A DNA stretch of 64,000 bases, taken from the sequence record NC_019500.1; one strand, 5' to 3'. Position numbers and translations under genes: made by a program. The stretch is from Escherichia phage Bp7. The notes below the pieces were generated by a model. It worked only from the letters and a program-made list of their open reading frames with translations, did no database searches and was not told the origin of the DNA. Shown here one piece after another: positions 53,681 to 64,000 of the stretch. Positions within the stretch are counted from its first letter, which is position 1. The number at the start of each line of letters is the position of its first letter.

Positions 53681-55639
53681 TTATATTGTAATTGGTTCCA
53701 ACTCTATAGTTGTGTACTGAGGACGAAGGTCATCTTCAAATACGATTAAAGAACCGTCTTTGGTAAAGATGTTGTCTTGGTCTGGCCCTGCATAAAGTTC
53801 AATAGACTGGACTTCAAAACGGTCGGAAGTAAGGCCTATTGCGGCGATATCCCAGAAAATAAAGTCCGAGTAATAATCAATTTCGCCAATAACATAGTAG
53901 ACCGATTGGTCTGCAGGCGCTGCCATTTTATCGAAGTCATCTCCGGTGTAAGGTTGGATGTATTGGTTTTCAATTACATCGCCAGGTCGGAAAGGACCTA
54001 TAACCATTTTACCATCGCCTCGTTCGTCTTTATCTGTGGCAACAATACGTACGTTGTAAGATTTAACAACATCAGATACGTTTGTTGGGACGAACTCAAA
54101 TTCACTAGAAGTTACAGAACGGTTGGTGTATTGATTATAGTATTTAATACCCGCTTCAGGTGTTTTGAAGAAGTTTAATACCTCGCGAACCATTGTTACC
54201 GTAGCCGAAGAGCCAAGGATACTGTGGTCTGCATTATCAATATAAGTCAGCATTTTAGACTTGGCAAATCCGTGGTTGAATATTTCAACTTCGTTAATAT
54301 AATAACGGTCTATTTGGGAAAGGATTTGAGCCGTTAACCATTGTTCGGATTCCTGTAATTTGTTCAGTGCATATGAAACCTTAATTTTATGCTTCAAGAA
54401 CAAGTAGTCAGGAGAAATAACCGAAGGGGTAATAGGTGCCAAGTTAAATTCTGAAAGATAATTTTGGATATCTTCGCGTTGAACCGCAGTCAAATACAAT
54501 CCTGATTTAGGTTTAATGGTAACAAAGGCATAACCTGGTTTATTTGGGTCTGTAAAGGTTTGTACTGCTTGTACAATAGAACCAAATCGCTCCGAAACGA
54601 ATGTATCATAATCTGTACCGGTTACAGCACGCATCTGGGCTTCACGTTTAACTACAGCAAGTTCACGAATACGTTCAATATCTTCAGGGTCACCACCACC
54701 GTCAGCACCTACATAATCCGGGTTTTCATCGTAGTTTTCTGTAATTTTTTCAACCGTAATATATGCCAAAGAATCCGCATAACTAAAGTCCACTGCCCCG
54801 TTAGCAACTTCACCATCTGTACGAAGGTATTCTATAACAATGGTAGCATCTTTAACAGGTTTTAAACCACCAATATAATTAGCTTCTAATACCCCACCTG
54901 CAACTGATTTTTCAGCAACACCTTCACCAAAGAAGAATTCAGTATTACCATCTACGGTTTCACGCATATAGTAAATTGTTGATGTACTACCAGCATGAAC
55001 CATGGATTTATTAGTCCAGTTAGTCCATTCTGCGCCATCGACATAAAGTTTAACTTCCTGTCTATCAATATCCGGGTCACGAATAAGAATAGGAGTTTTA
55101 GGGTCATACTTAAGTTCAGTACGGATAATACGACCTTGTGCTAAAGATACGATAGGAAGATATTGGTTATTAACATCACGTACGGCAATAACGTTTTCCG
55201 TGGTAACAAAAGCATACGGGTCTGCTGAAGTATCACGGGCATAGGCCAAGAATTTAGTACCACGTGGGATACGAATATTCTTTTCATTCAGGGCTTGGGT
55301 ACAGGTCAACATGATACTTGTTTTGGCTGCTGATTTAGAACTTGGCAAATAGCCGTTATCCTGTGCAGCCTGGACGACGGAGGAACGCAAGTTAGCAGTA
55401 CCGATGAAAGATTCATATACCGCGGTATTAGCAAACTGCTGCATATACAGGGTGTTGTAAGCTAACATGTCAATCAGGATATTCATTCGCGAACCAACGA
55501 AATCGTAATCCTTAAATTCGTCCTGGCTAGAAAGCCAATCGATAATATTCTTTTTAATCTCTTCAAACGTAGCTCCCACAAATACTTTTGGGATAGCGTT
55601 AACGGTTCTTGTTAATTGGTAATTCGTAGGAGTAGCCAT
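53681..55639 (-). CDS. 6: baseplate wedge protein
   Basis: 652 aa; N-terminus as T4 gp6. Confidence 0.93.
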   Translation of the reverse strand: MATPTNYQLTRTVNAIPKVFVGATFEEIKKNIIDWLSSQDEFKDYDFVGSRMNILIDMLAYNTLYMQQFANTAVYESFIGTANLRSSVVQAAQDNGYLPSSKSAAKTSIMLTCTQALNEKNIRIPRGTKFLAYARDTSADPYAFVTTENVIAVRDVNNQYLPIVSLAQGRIIRTELKYDPKTPILIRDPDIDRQEVKLYVDGAEWTNWTNKSMVHAGSTSTIYYMRETVDGNTEFFFGEGVAEKSVAGGVLEANYIGGLKPVKDATIVIEYLRTDGEVANGAVDFSYADSLAYITVEKITENYDENPDYVGADGGGDPEDIERIRELAVVKREAQMRAVTGTDYDTFVSERFGSIVQAVQTFTDPNKPGYAFVTIKPKSGLYLTAVQREDIQNYLSEFNLAPITPSVISPDYLFLKHKIKVSYALNKLQESEQWLTAQILSQIDRYYINEVEIFNHGFAKSKMLTYIDNADHSILGSSATVTMVREVLNFFKTPEAGIKYYNQYTNRSVTSSEFEFVPTNVSDVVKSYNVRIVATDKDERGDGKMVIGPFRPGDVIENQYIQPYTGDDFDKMAAPADQSVYYVIGEIDYYSDFIFWDIAAIGLTSDRFEVQSIELYAGPDQDNIFTKDGSLIVFEDDLRPQYTTIELEPITI

Positions 55640-55640
55640 T

Positions 55641-57704
55641 TTAATTCCTAGTAGGAGATTCTAAACAAGGTATGCAAATGGAAAGGGATGGAAATGCAAT
55701 CGTTAAACCGAATATTCCCAGCATCTTATTAATCCATTGTACCACCTTACTTAAGGATAATGTTGATATTTGGTTATACATTGATTTGCACAAGTCTTTC
55801 ATTGACCTGGAACCATCAGTAAATTCGTGATATAAAGATTTTGCTTTAGTTACTGAGTTCTCGTATATAACCATGATATCATCTACAGTAGCTCCGAGCA
55901 TACCGAGAAGTTCTTCCATTTGAGCCACAATAGGAAGTTTTTTGAATTCTTCTAAAGCCATATCTAATACATCAGAAACGGAGGTTTGACTTTCGGTAAT
56001 AGAGTTCTTAATCTGATTATATTTATTCTTTAAAAGTTCGAGTGCAGCTTCAGCTTGTGCTAATGCGGCTTCCTTCTGAGCAGTTAGCTCGTCTGTAACT
56101 TTTTCGTACATTCCTGAAAGATATTGTTTAAATTCAATAGCTTGTTTTTGTACTTCTTGCTTTTTGAGCTTAATCTCATTCCACAGATTGAGTGCCTGGG
56201 TTTTAAGAGCCTCAATCATTGCATAAGCTTCGTCTATTTTCTGGTCTACCTTTTCCATAACCATTTGATAAACATCTGATGCTGTGAATCCTGGAAAGTT
56301 ACCGCTCATTATCATGTCCAGTGGTTTAACTTGCTTCATCATTTCCTTGACCGCAGTAATAACGCTCCAAACTGGGTTCGGAACTATAGGAGGCATACTC
56401 CATATTTGAGCGAGGTCTACACACAGTTTTGATAATGCAACACCAGCCATAAGCAATTGAGACCAGGCCCAGTCATACAAGTCTGTAATTGCATCAATAA
56501 GGTCACGCGAATACATCTTGACGCGTTCAACCGAATAATCGTATGCAGACCCAATGGCAGAATAAATCGATTGGATGGTTTCTTCTAAATTAAAGTTTTT
56601 CCATGCTTCTTTTAATTTCTGTACACCATCACCTGAAGTGCAGAGGTCTTCTAGGTCAATAGTCATGCCCATAATAGTAATCGAGGGTAAAAAGCTTTTA
56701 AGTAAGTCCCACCCACCGCCAACAATATTCAAGACCTGTGATATGGCATCTTTAAATGCAAGAAAAGCCATTTGCTGAACATATTGACACATAGCAACAG
56801 CCGAGTTGCCTAGCTCTTCCATTGCGACCGATAGCTTACTATAACCAGAATCGAAGAATTTTTCCCAATCGGTTCCACCAGATGATGGCCATCCAGGGAG
56901 CATATCCCAATATAATTTGAATGAATTCCTAGATGTATTCCATGAAGCCATAATCGCATTGGTCAATCCGTTGTAAGGGAATTCCGCTGTAAAAGGAACA
57001 CAGCTTATTGCCCTGGCTCGCCCGGTTATTTCTGGCGGTAAAGACCCGATGGATACCGGTCCCGGAATCGGAGTTCCTGGGATACTCATATCAACATCTA
57101 GATTTAATACCAGTCCAACATAAGTACAAGGTTTTGTCTCATAGTACTTCAAATAAGCCCTGCGGGAGTCACCAAGGCCGTTAAAGTTGACATACATATG
57201 ATAATCAGCCGTAACTGCAATCATCGTCCTGGGGTCCATTCTGGGGCCTTGTGATGTCCATACACCGCCACAGTTTTCGATGCGATACATATCATATTCA
57301 ATAGATGTTTTATACAATACAGATTTTGATAAATCAGCGCCGTACCAATCATTACCGGGCAAAAGAGTTGCACCAATCGATTCTACATAATTTTCTAAAT
57401 CCAATTGCGTAATAAAGAATATTCCGAGTTTAGCACACCAGATACCTTGACTTGTTCCATCTTCCGGTGGGGGAGGTGCAGGAAAAGTTTCGGACTTATT
57501 ACCAAATGGATTTTGTGTGTATAAATGTGTAGCTAGTGGAATAATCTCGGTATCCCATTCAACGCCATTCCCAGGTTGAATAAAAGCACCTGTTGGGTTA
57601 TATAATTCCCATTTAACCCGGCGATATTCACCGGGTCCTACTGCGTCATCACAGGGACTTGTTACAGTCCCTACCACTTCATCAACTTTATCGTAGTAAT
57701 TCAT
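55641..57704 (-). CDS. large uncharacterised protein (687 aa) between genes 5 and 6
   Basis: Continuous ORF, ATG one nt after gp5 TAA and stop one nt before gp6 ATG; Pro-rich N-terminal region, helical/coiled-coil middle; no recognised family. Confidence 0.7.
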   Translation of the reverse strand: MNYYDKVDEVVGTVTSPCDDAVGPGEYRRVKWELYNPTGAFIQPGNGVEWDTEIIPLATHLYTQNPFGNKSETFPAPPPPEDGTSQGIWCAKLGIFFITQLDLENYVESIGATLLPGNDWYGADLSKSVLYKTSIEYDMYRIENCGGVWTSQGPRMDPRTMIAVTADYHMYVNFNGLGDSRRAYLKYYETKPCTYVGLVLNLDVDMSIPGTPIPGPVSIGSLPPEITGRARAISCVPFTAEFPYNGLTNAIMASWNTSRNSFKLYWDMLPGWPSSGGTDWEKFFDSGYSKLSVAMEELGNSAVAMCQYVQQMAFLAFKDAISQVLNIVGGGWDLLKSFLPSITIMGMTIDLEDLCTSGDGVQKLKEAWKNFNLEETIQSIYSAIGSAYDYSVERVKMYSRDLIDAITDLYDWAWSQLLMAGVALSKLCVDLAQIWSMPPIVPNPVWSVITAVKEMMKQVKPLDMIMSGNFPGFTASDVYQMVMEKVDQKIDEAYAMIEALKTQALNLWNEIKLKKQEVQKQAIEFKQYLSGMYEKVTDELTAQKEAALAQAEAALELLKNKYNQIKNSITESQTSVSDVLDMALEEFKKLPIVAQMEELLGMLGATVDDIMVIYENSVTKAKSLYHEFTDGSRSMKDLCKSMYNQISTLSLSKVVQWINKMLGIFGLTIAFPSLSICIPCLESPTRN

Positions 57705-57705
57705 A

Positions 57706-59493
57706 TTAACCGACCTGTACGTTGCCACCAGATACTTTAGCTAATGAACCGCCATCCATATGCACAGTATTTGATGCGTTTAAATTAATGTTCGTCGCTG
57801 CAAAATTTAAATCTTGTTCGACATTTACATCCATATTTTGAGCATTGATTGTGGCCTTTTGTTTAACGCTTATATCTGCATTCTGGTTGACATTAACTGT
57901 TGTATCTTTTTCAACCGTAATATATGCTTCTTGTTCAACAGTTATATCAGCAGTACCCATAATAACTATTTTAACATTTCCTTTAACAAGCAGAGTCCCA
58001 TCACCTTCTACGGTTTTAGTTTCATTACCACGAATATGGATGCTTTCAGACCCGTCAGTTTGACGACGCACGTTTGCCATATTATAATAGGTTTCATCGC
58101 CACCAACGTTGACTTTATTATTACCACCAACATAAGTATTTGAATCGCCTTGGGTCATATAATAACCATCGGCTACCGTCTTAGAAGTTTTACGTCCATC
58201 AGGAGCAACTTCTTCATAACTACCGGTAGGATGGATTAATCGATAACGCTCTTGCCCTGGGGTGTTATCAAATTCTTGGATATGCCCACCTTCAGTTTGC
58301 ATTGTCTGCACATAAGGATATTCGCCCTTATAACTTGATTCGGGTTCTTTAAAAAGAATCCTTGTATCTTCTGGGGTCCACGGGTCGGCCGGGTCTGAAT
58401 TTGCAGGTGCGGCAAAGGTTTGAATCATTCTATACGAACGCCCTTTAAATGACCTTTCTTTAGGAGCCATAATACCATATGATTCCATATTGCCTGTAAG
58501 GATAACCATTGACACCCTTGAAGCACGCCCTTTAGTTTGGTTAAACCATACAGAGTCGCGAGCATTGTCAAAGGCCGCTTTATAATCACCCGCTAACATA
58601 TCAGTAAGCATGCCCTGGAATTTAGCCAGTCCACCTACACCCATTTGGAAAGCCATATTTTCGAGGGCCATCTGTCTAGAACGGTTTTCTTTGTTGTATA
58701 CTTGCGTTAAAAGGGCATTAGTCTTTACAATATCCTTTTGGACTTTTTTAAGGTCTTCTTGAAATAATTTAGAAGCTTCCTCTATGGATATAGAGCCTGG
58801 ATTACCTTTAACTTCGCGCCCTATTTGTCTGGATAAAGCTTTATTAGCCCCAGTCATATCGCCTTTAGCAAATTCACCAATAAAGTGACCAATGCCGACA
58901 GTATATCCTCTAACGTCCCAATATACTTTAAGACTCAGGCCTTCATCACGTTGAATCATTTTCTCTATTGTAAAATTAGGGTCATTATCGGGTTTAATTT
59001 GGCTAAGGTCCTTTCCGTCTGGATTAAGGCCCAAATCTAGGTTAGAATCCTGGATTACGTTAGAAGTGGCATCATATCCAACTTCACCACCTCGGTTTAG
59101 TGCAGCGGCATCGTTACCTAAATAAAGTGGATATTGGCCTGTTGGGTCGCTAAAACCTTCATTAGGGTTTGCTTTTTGTTTTGAAGCAGAACCGTATGTA
59201 CCTAGGACAAGTCCGTTTAATTTCCACTTATCAAGAAAGTGGCCATAAACTTGTGTACCTGGGACCATACCTGTCATAGCGGTTTGTATACCTGAAACAG
59301 AGGCCGAAGATGTAGGCATTAATACCGACATCCATGGTAAATCTTCTGTACGAAGACCTTTTACAGGGCCTTGTACCTTTTCATAGGGATGCATACCCCA
59401 TACGCGCACGCGTACTCGGCCTTGTTTGAGCGGGTCCATTCGGTCTTCAACTACACCGACGAACCAACTTACATTATCAGACATGTTAATCAT
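57706..59493 (-). CDS. 5: baseplate central spike with tail lysozyme domain
   Basis: 595 aa; WFVGVVEDRMDPLKQGRVRVRVWG, lysozyme segment RDEGLSLKVYWD..GY.TVGIGH, C-terminal beta-helix repeats. Confidence 0.95.
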   Translation of the reverse strand: MINMSDNVSWFVGVVEDRMDPLKQGRVRVRVWGMHPYEKVQGPVKGLRTEDLPWMSVLMPTSSASVSGIQTAMTGMVPGTQVYGHFLDKWKLNGLVLGTYGSASKQKANPNEGFSDPTGQYPLYLGNDAAALNRGGEVGYDATSNVIQDSNLDLGLNPDGKDLSQIKPDNDPNFTIEKMIQRDEGLSLKVYWDVRGYTVGIGHFIGEFAKGDMTGANKALSRQIGREVKGNPGSISIEEASKLFQEDLKKVQKDIVKTNALLTQVYNKENRSRQMALENMAFQMGVGGLAKFQGMLTDMLAGDYKAAFDNARDSVWFNQTKGRASRVSMVILTGNMESYGIMAPKERSFKGRSYRMIQTFAAPANSDPADPWTPEDTRILFKEPESSYKGEYPYVQTMQTEGGHIQEFDNTPGQERYRLIHPTGSYEEVAPDGRKTSKTVADGYYMTQGDSNTYVGGNNKVNVGGDETYYNMANVRRQTDGSESIHIRGNETKTVEGDGTLLVKGNVKIVIMGTADITVEQEAYITVEKDTTVNVNQNADISVKQKATINAQNMDVNVEQDLNFAATNINLNASNTVHMDGGSLAKVSGGNVQVG

Positions 59494-60095
59494 TAGAGGG
59501 CTTTCTCCATTTCGCGAATAAGGGCAGAAATAAAGGACTCAATATCATTAGGGTCTACAATCTTTATTTCGCGCTTATATTCATTTTTACGAATAGCATC
59601 CTCGTAAATATCTACTGCAGCCAAAGGGCCCTCATATTGAGGATAACGTTTTTCTGTATCACCTTTATCATACCAAGTATATGGGTTTTCCGGAGTATTA
59701 ACAAGATTCCAGAATTTCTCACCCTTTTCATTAACATGATAAAGAACTTGATTGCCACCTGCAGTAGAATACCTTTGGATTGCCGCTTGATATGCGACTT
59801 CTTGGCCTGTAATCCAGCCGTAATAAGGGTCATATACGTTATTGCACATCAATAAAACCCAGTATAACTGAACGTTACCGTAAAGTTGATTGGCCAATTC
59901 TTCTGGACGAGGGGCCCCGTTGATATAATAAGTCTTTAGTGTATAGTTTTTAGCCACTTTATCAAAATATTCTTTATAATTTCTAAATATATCAGTCATC
60001 GGCACGCTTAGTACATCGGCATTTGTTAATGAGCCCGAATCCGGCTTGACTGTTTTTGATTCGTAATCGATAGGATCGAAAAATGAGAAGAGCAT
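59493..60095 (-). CDS. 53: baseplate wedge protein
   Basis: 200 aa; synteny. Confidence 0.88.
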   Translation of the reverse strand: MLFSFFDPIDYESKTVKPDSGSLTNADVLSVPMTDIFRNYKEYFDKVAKNYTLKTYYINGAPRPEELANQLYGNVQLYWVLLMCNNVYDPYYGWITGQEVAYQAAIQRYSTAGGNQVLYHVNEKGEKFWNLVNTPENPYTWYDKGDTEKRYPQYEGPLAAVDIYEDAIRKNEYKREIKIVDPNDIESFISALIREMEKAL

Positions 60096-60107
60096 AGGGC
60101 CTCCGAG

Positions 60108-60130
60108 TATAAATAATATTAATATTTATA
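60108..60130. promoter_or_regulatory. back-to-back late promoters (TATAAATA each strand) for 53 and 4
   Basis: gagTATAAATAatattaatatttataagg. Confidence 0.5.
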
Positions 60131-60141
60131 AGGAGGCAACT

Positions 60142-60591
60142 ATGGCTTACTCAGGGAAATTTAAACCTACAAACTTACAAAAATATAAAGGTGATTGGAA
60201 GAAAATCCAATATCGTTCCTCTTGGGAAGCATGGTTTATGCGTTGGCTTGACAACCATCCTAATGTAGTCCAGTGGAATTCAGAAGAGGTGGTTATCCCA
60301 TACTTTTGCAATGCCGAAGGAAAGAAAAGACGATATTTTATGGACTTCTGGGTTAAATTTGATACAGGCCAACAATTCTTTTTTGAAGTCAAACCTTTTA
60401 AAGAAACCCATGCTCCTGCGGTGCCTGTTAAAATGACTACGGCTGCTAAAAAGAGATATATCAACGAACACTATACTTGGTCTGTTAATACTGATAAGTG
60501 GAAAGCAGCTAAAGCTACAGCAGATAAAATGGGTATCACCTTTAGATTGATTACCGAACATTCACTGAAAAAATTAGGATGGAAAGGATGA
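60142..60591 (+). CDS. 4: head completion protein
   Basis: 149 aa; synteny and size. Confidence 0.88.
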   Translation: MAYSGKFKPTNLQKYKGDWKKIQYRSSWEAWFMRWLDNHPNVVQWNSEEVVIPYFCNAEGKKRRYFMDFWVKFDTGQQFFFEVKPFKETHAPAVPVKMTTAAKKRYINEHYTWSVNTDKWKAAKATADKMGITFRLITEHSLKKLGWKG

Positions 60592-61415
60592 GTATATTTT
60601 CTTACATCAACGAGGCTACTGAAACTACAAAAGGTTCCAAGCCTACTCGTTCAGAACAACAATGGATAACTTTAGGCGTTGAATATGCCAATGCCAAGGC
60701 TAAAGGTGTCTCGGCTAAGAAATTCGCTGAAGATAAAGGCATCAAGTATTCTAGCTTTACATCTGCGATGTCTCGATACTCGAGTCGAATTAAAACTGCT
60801 GTACAGGTTGAAAAACTTCAGAAGAAACCTGGCAATAAATTAACCAAAGCAGAACGTCAATTAATTTTGGTGAATAGTTTTAGAAAGAGTATTCGTGATA
60901 AGATTGCTAACGAGGGCGCCGCTGTAAACAATAAATCGGCTAAATGGTTTACAGAAACATTAAAGAAAGGAATTCGTGGGCACCAGGTATCTAAACCATC
61001 TCCTGGTAAGCTTTATGCGTATATCTATGATGCCAAACATAAGGATACCCTACCGTACTGGGACAAATACCCTTTAATCATTTATCTTGGGTTAGGTAAG
61101 CATAATTTAATGTACGGGCTGAACTTACACTATATCCCACCTAAAGCGCGACAACAATTTCTGGAAGAATTGCTGAAGCAATACGCGAGTACGCCTACCA
61201 TTACAAACTCGACTAAATTAAAAATCGATTGGAGTAAGGTAAAAGGATTCGCTGGTGCAGACGTGATGATTAAGGCTTATATCCCTGGAAATATTAAGGG
61301 ACCTTTAGTAGAGATAAAACCATCTGATTGGGCTAATGTGGTCATGCTTCCACTTCAGCAATTTATGTCTAAAGGTAAGCGTTACTCAGCTCAGAAAGTA
61401 TGGAAGAATTCTTAA
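60579..61415 (+). CDS. 2: DNA end protector protein
   Basis: 278 aa; synteny. Confidence 0.85.
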   Translation: MERMSIFSYINEATETTKGSKPTRSEQQWITLGVEYANAKAKGVSAKKFAEDKGIKYSSFTSAMSRYSSRIKTAVQVEKLQKKPGNKLTKAERQLILVNSFRKSIRDKIANEGAAVNNKSAKWFTETLKKGIRGHQVSKPSPGKLYAYIYDAKHKDTLPYWDKYPLIIYLGLGKHNLMYGLNLHYIPPKARQQFLEELLKQYASTPTITNSTKLKIDWSKVKGFAGADVMIKAYIPGNIKGPLVEIKPSDWANVVMLPLQQFMSKGKRYSAQKVWKNS

Positions 61416-61497
61416 TCTATTATCCCAGCCAGTTATTGAATGGAACAGACCTAGGACCATTATACACTGTCTGGGACTTAAGCAATATAGGAACCCT

Positions 61498-62088
61498 ATG
61501 AACGGTTTATTTAACCAAACTAACACTACTAACTTTATCTTAGAGGTTAGTGACGCAGGAATGACGCAGGCATTCAAATTGAACGTACAAGATGTAACAC
61601 TACCAGGTATCCATATTCCGGTCTCAGACGTCCCAGGATCGACCCAGGGTATACATCGTGCTAAGCTGCCAGGTTCTACTGTAGAATTCGACCCATTGAT
61701 TGTGAACTTTCTTGTGGACCGTGAATTGAAATCATGGCTTGACGTTTATAAGTGGATGCTGTCATTAAACAACTACGTAACCCATGATTCAGAAGCCTGG
61801 CATCCTAAAGGTCAGCCGGAAGCTATCACCCTCCACATCCTTGATAACAACAAACAGAAAATCGTAATGAGCATTCATTACTACGGTGGTTGGCCATCCG
61901 ACCTCTCGGAAATCCAGTACTCTTATAAAGAGGATTCTGACCCAGCGATAATCGCCACAGCAACATTCAACTTCAAATCGTTTGCTGTAGAAATAGATGG
62001 TACAATAGTTACAGGTCGTCCACAAATTGATTCGTATGCCGAACAACGAGTGGCTCGTATGTCTATGCATCCATCTATGAGAAAATAA
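61498..62088 (+). CDS. 3: tail tube terminator / tail completion protein
   Basis: Start at MNGLFNQ; tube-protein-like sequence; synteny. Confidence 0.8.
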   Translation: MNGLFNQTNTTNFILEVSDAGMTQAFKLNVQDVTLPGIHIPVSDVPGSTQGIHRAKLPGSTVEFDPLIVNFLVDRELKSWLDVYKWMLSLNNYVTHDSEAWHPKGQPEAITLHILDNNKQKIVMSIHYYGGWPSDLSEIQYSYKEDSDPAIIATATFNFKSFAVEIDGTIVTGRPQIDSYAEQRVARMSMHPSMRK

Positions 62089-62841
62089 TGAAACTAATAT
62101 CAATTGTAGGAATCAAACGTAGCGGTAAGGATACCGTTGCTAACTATGTAATCGAAAATATGGATTCGGTAAAATTTCAGCTCGCAGGTCCTATTAAAAA
62201 GTATCTGGCTGAAGCCTATGAATACATCTCTGATGACCCTGTATTCGACCGTAGTTACATGCCTAAACTAGATTTTAACTGTTTTGAAGGTATCGGTTAC
62301 GACCGTGAAGAAATCATTCCTTTAAAACCATATGATGTGATTGATATCTTTGAAAATGCTATTGTCAAACTGAATAATATCCTTCCTATTCCAGGAATGG
62401 ATGTTCGTACCGCATATCATTATGGTCTTACCCCAGTCCAGTATCTGTCTGAAGAAACAAAAGACCAACTGTTTGAAGTAATAAATAAAAATAACAATTG
62501 GTCAGTACGTCGTCTCATGCAGACCCTTGGGACTGATATTATTGTTAACCAATTTGATAAGATGTATTGGGTTAAGTTGTTCGCTTTAGGCGATTTTGAT
62601 AAAATATACTCTGATGCGAAATACTATGTCGTACCTGATGTTCGTCAAACACACGAAATTGATTCGCTCAGAGCGATGGGTGCTACGATTATTCATGTAG
62701 TTCGCGCTGAAACCGGTCAAGTACAAGACTCGCACATCACTGAAGCGGGTCTACCAATTTTACCTGGTGACGTTGTTGTTGAAAATAACGGCACTCTTTC
62801 TGAACTATACACTACTATTGATAAATTATTAGGAAATAAAA

Positions 62842-62849
<8 letters not shown>
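62088..62849 (+). CDS. 1: deoxynucleoside monophosphate kinase
   Basis: P-loop GIKRSGKDT; WSVRRLMQTLGTD; YYVVPDVRQ as T4 gp1. Confidence 0.92.
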
Positions 62850-63494
<645 letters not shown>

Positions 63495-63569
63495 AGAATA
63501 TAAAGAACCCTTGAAGCTCGACTGGGCTGAAGACCTAAAATAATTTAAACCATTCAAACGAAATCAAAA

Positions 63570-63848
63570 ATGAAAACCTATCAAGAATTTAGTAAATCTC
63601 AAGCAGTTGCTCCTATCACTGAAGCTAGTGTTATGAGTGAAGTTATAGCTCTGAACAAAGGCCGCGAAGGTAAACCAGTTATAGGCCTTAATGGTGAAGA
63701 GCTTAAAGGCACTGTTTATCTGGGTGATGGTTATCACGCCAAAAAAGATGGCGGAAGCATTGTTATTTCGCCAGCTCAAGAATCTTCTGTCATGAAAACT
63801 GTTTACATTGCTACTAAACACTTTGATATTTTGAAAAAAGCTCTTTAA
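63570..63848 (+). CDS. internal head protein (IP-family, capsid targeting sequence)
   Basis: N-terminal MKTYQEF matches the T4 IP capsid-targeting leader; I-T-E at residues 16-18 fits the gp21 cleavage consensus. Confidence 0.6.
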   Translation: MKTYQEFSKSQAVAPITEASVMSEVIALNKGREGKPVIGLNGEELKGTVYLGDGYHAKKDGGSIVISPAQESSVMKTVYIATKHFDILKKAL

Positions 63849-63853
63849 AGTTG

Positions 63854-63882
63854 TTTACAACAGGGTTGTAGTGTGATACTAT
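63854..63882 (+). promoter_or_regulatory. early promoter TTTACA-N17-TACTAT
   Basis: Near-copy of the 28271 promoter. Confidence 0.5.
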
Positions 63883-63918
63883 GACCCTATCAAAACAAAT
63901 GAGTGATTGGAGAATAAA

Positions 63919-64000
63919 ATGAAACGTTGTGAATTAATTAGAAATGTTACTGCACTGGCCGCCGTTACTGCTTTTGGCTTTAGTATGTTTGCAGGATTAC
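63919..64000 (+). CDS. 5' end of ORF (partial) with hydrophobic N-terminus
   Basis: MKRCELIRNVTALAAVTAFGFSMFAGL... runs off window. Confidence 0.4.
   Translation, partial: MKRCELIRNVTALAAVTAFGFSMFAGL

Noticed and set aside
55641-57728. PAAR spike-tip domain in the large gp5-gp6 ORF
   Set aside because: No PAAR-like Gly/Pro/Ala repeat pattern seen; the protein looks mainly helical, so the PAAR interpretation is not supported from sequence alone

Overview
This window reads as a contiguous piece of a T4-like (Tevenvirinae) myovirus genome; all calls are from reading the sequence and ORF track against remembered T4 proteins, with no database search run. The plus strand carries an early/middle region: dCMP deaminase, gp31 co-chaperonin, rIII, a run of small genes behind repeated early-promoter leaders, DNA ligase gp30 and two tandem Alt-like ADP-ribosyltransferases. 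The minus strand carries the late structural modules: baseplate hub 54-48-29-28-27-51 (with 26-25 divergent), head genes 20-67-68-21-22-23-24, tail/neck/terminase 19-18-17-16-15-14-13-wac, and baseplate wedge 12-11-10-9-8-7-6-5-53. The window ends with 4-2-3-1-57A-57B and an internal-protein-like gene. The most notable non-T4 content is a 687-aa unrecognised ORF packed between gp5 and gp6 where T4 has small genes including the PAAR spike tip. Other departures are duplicated alt and gene 24, three free-standing homing endonucleases, a NADAR/YbiA-like plus HAD-like gene pair, an early-promoter gene between 23 and 24, and single-base frameshifts in the portal and uvsW genes. No tRNA, rRNA or CRISPR array was seen.
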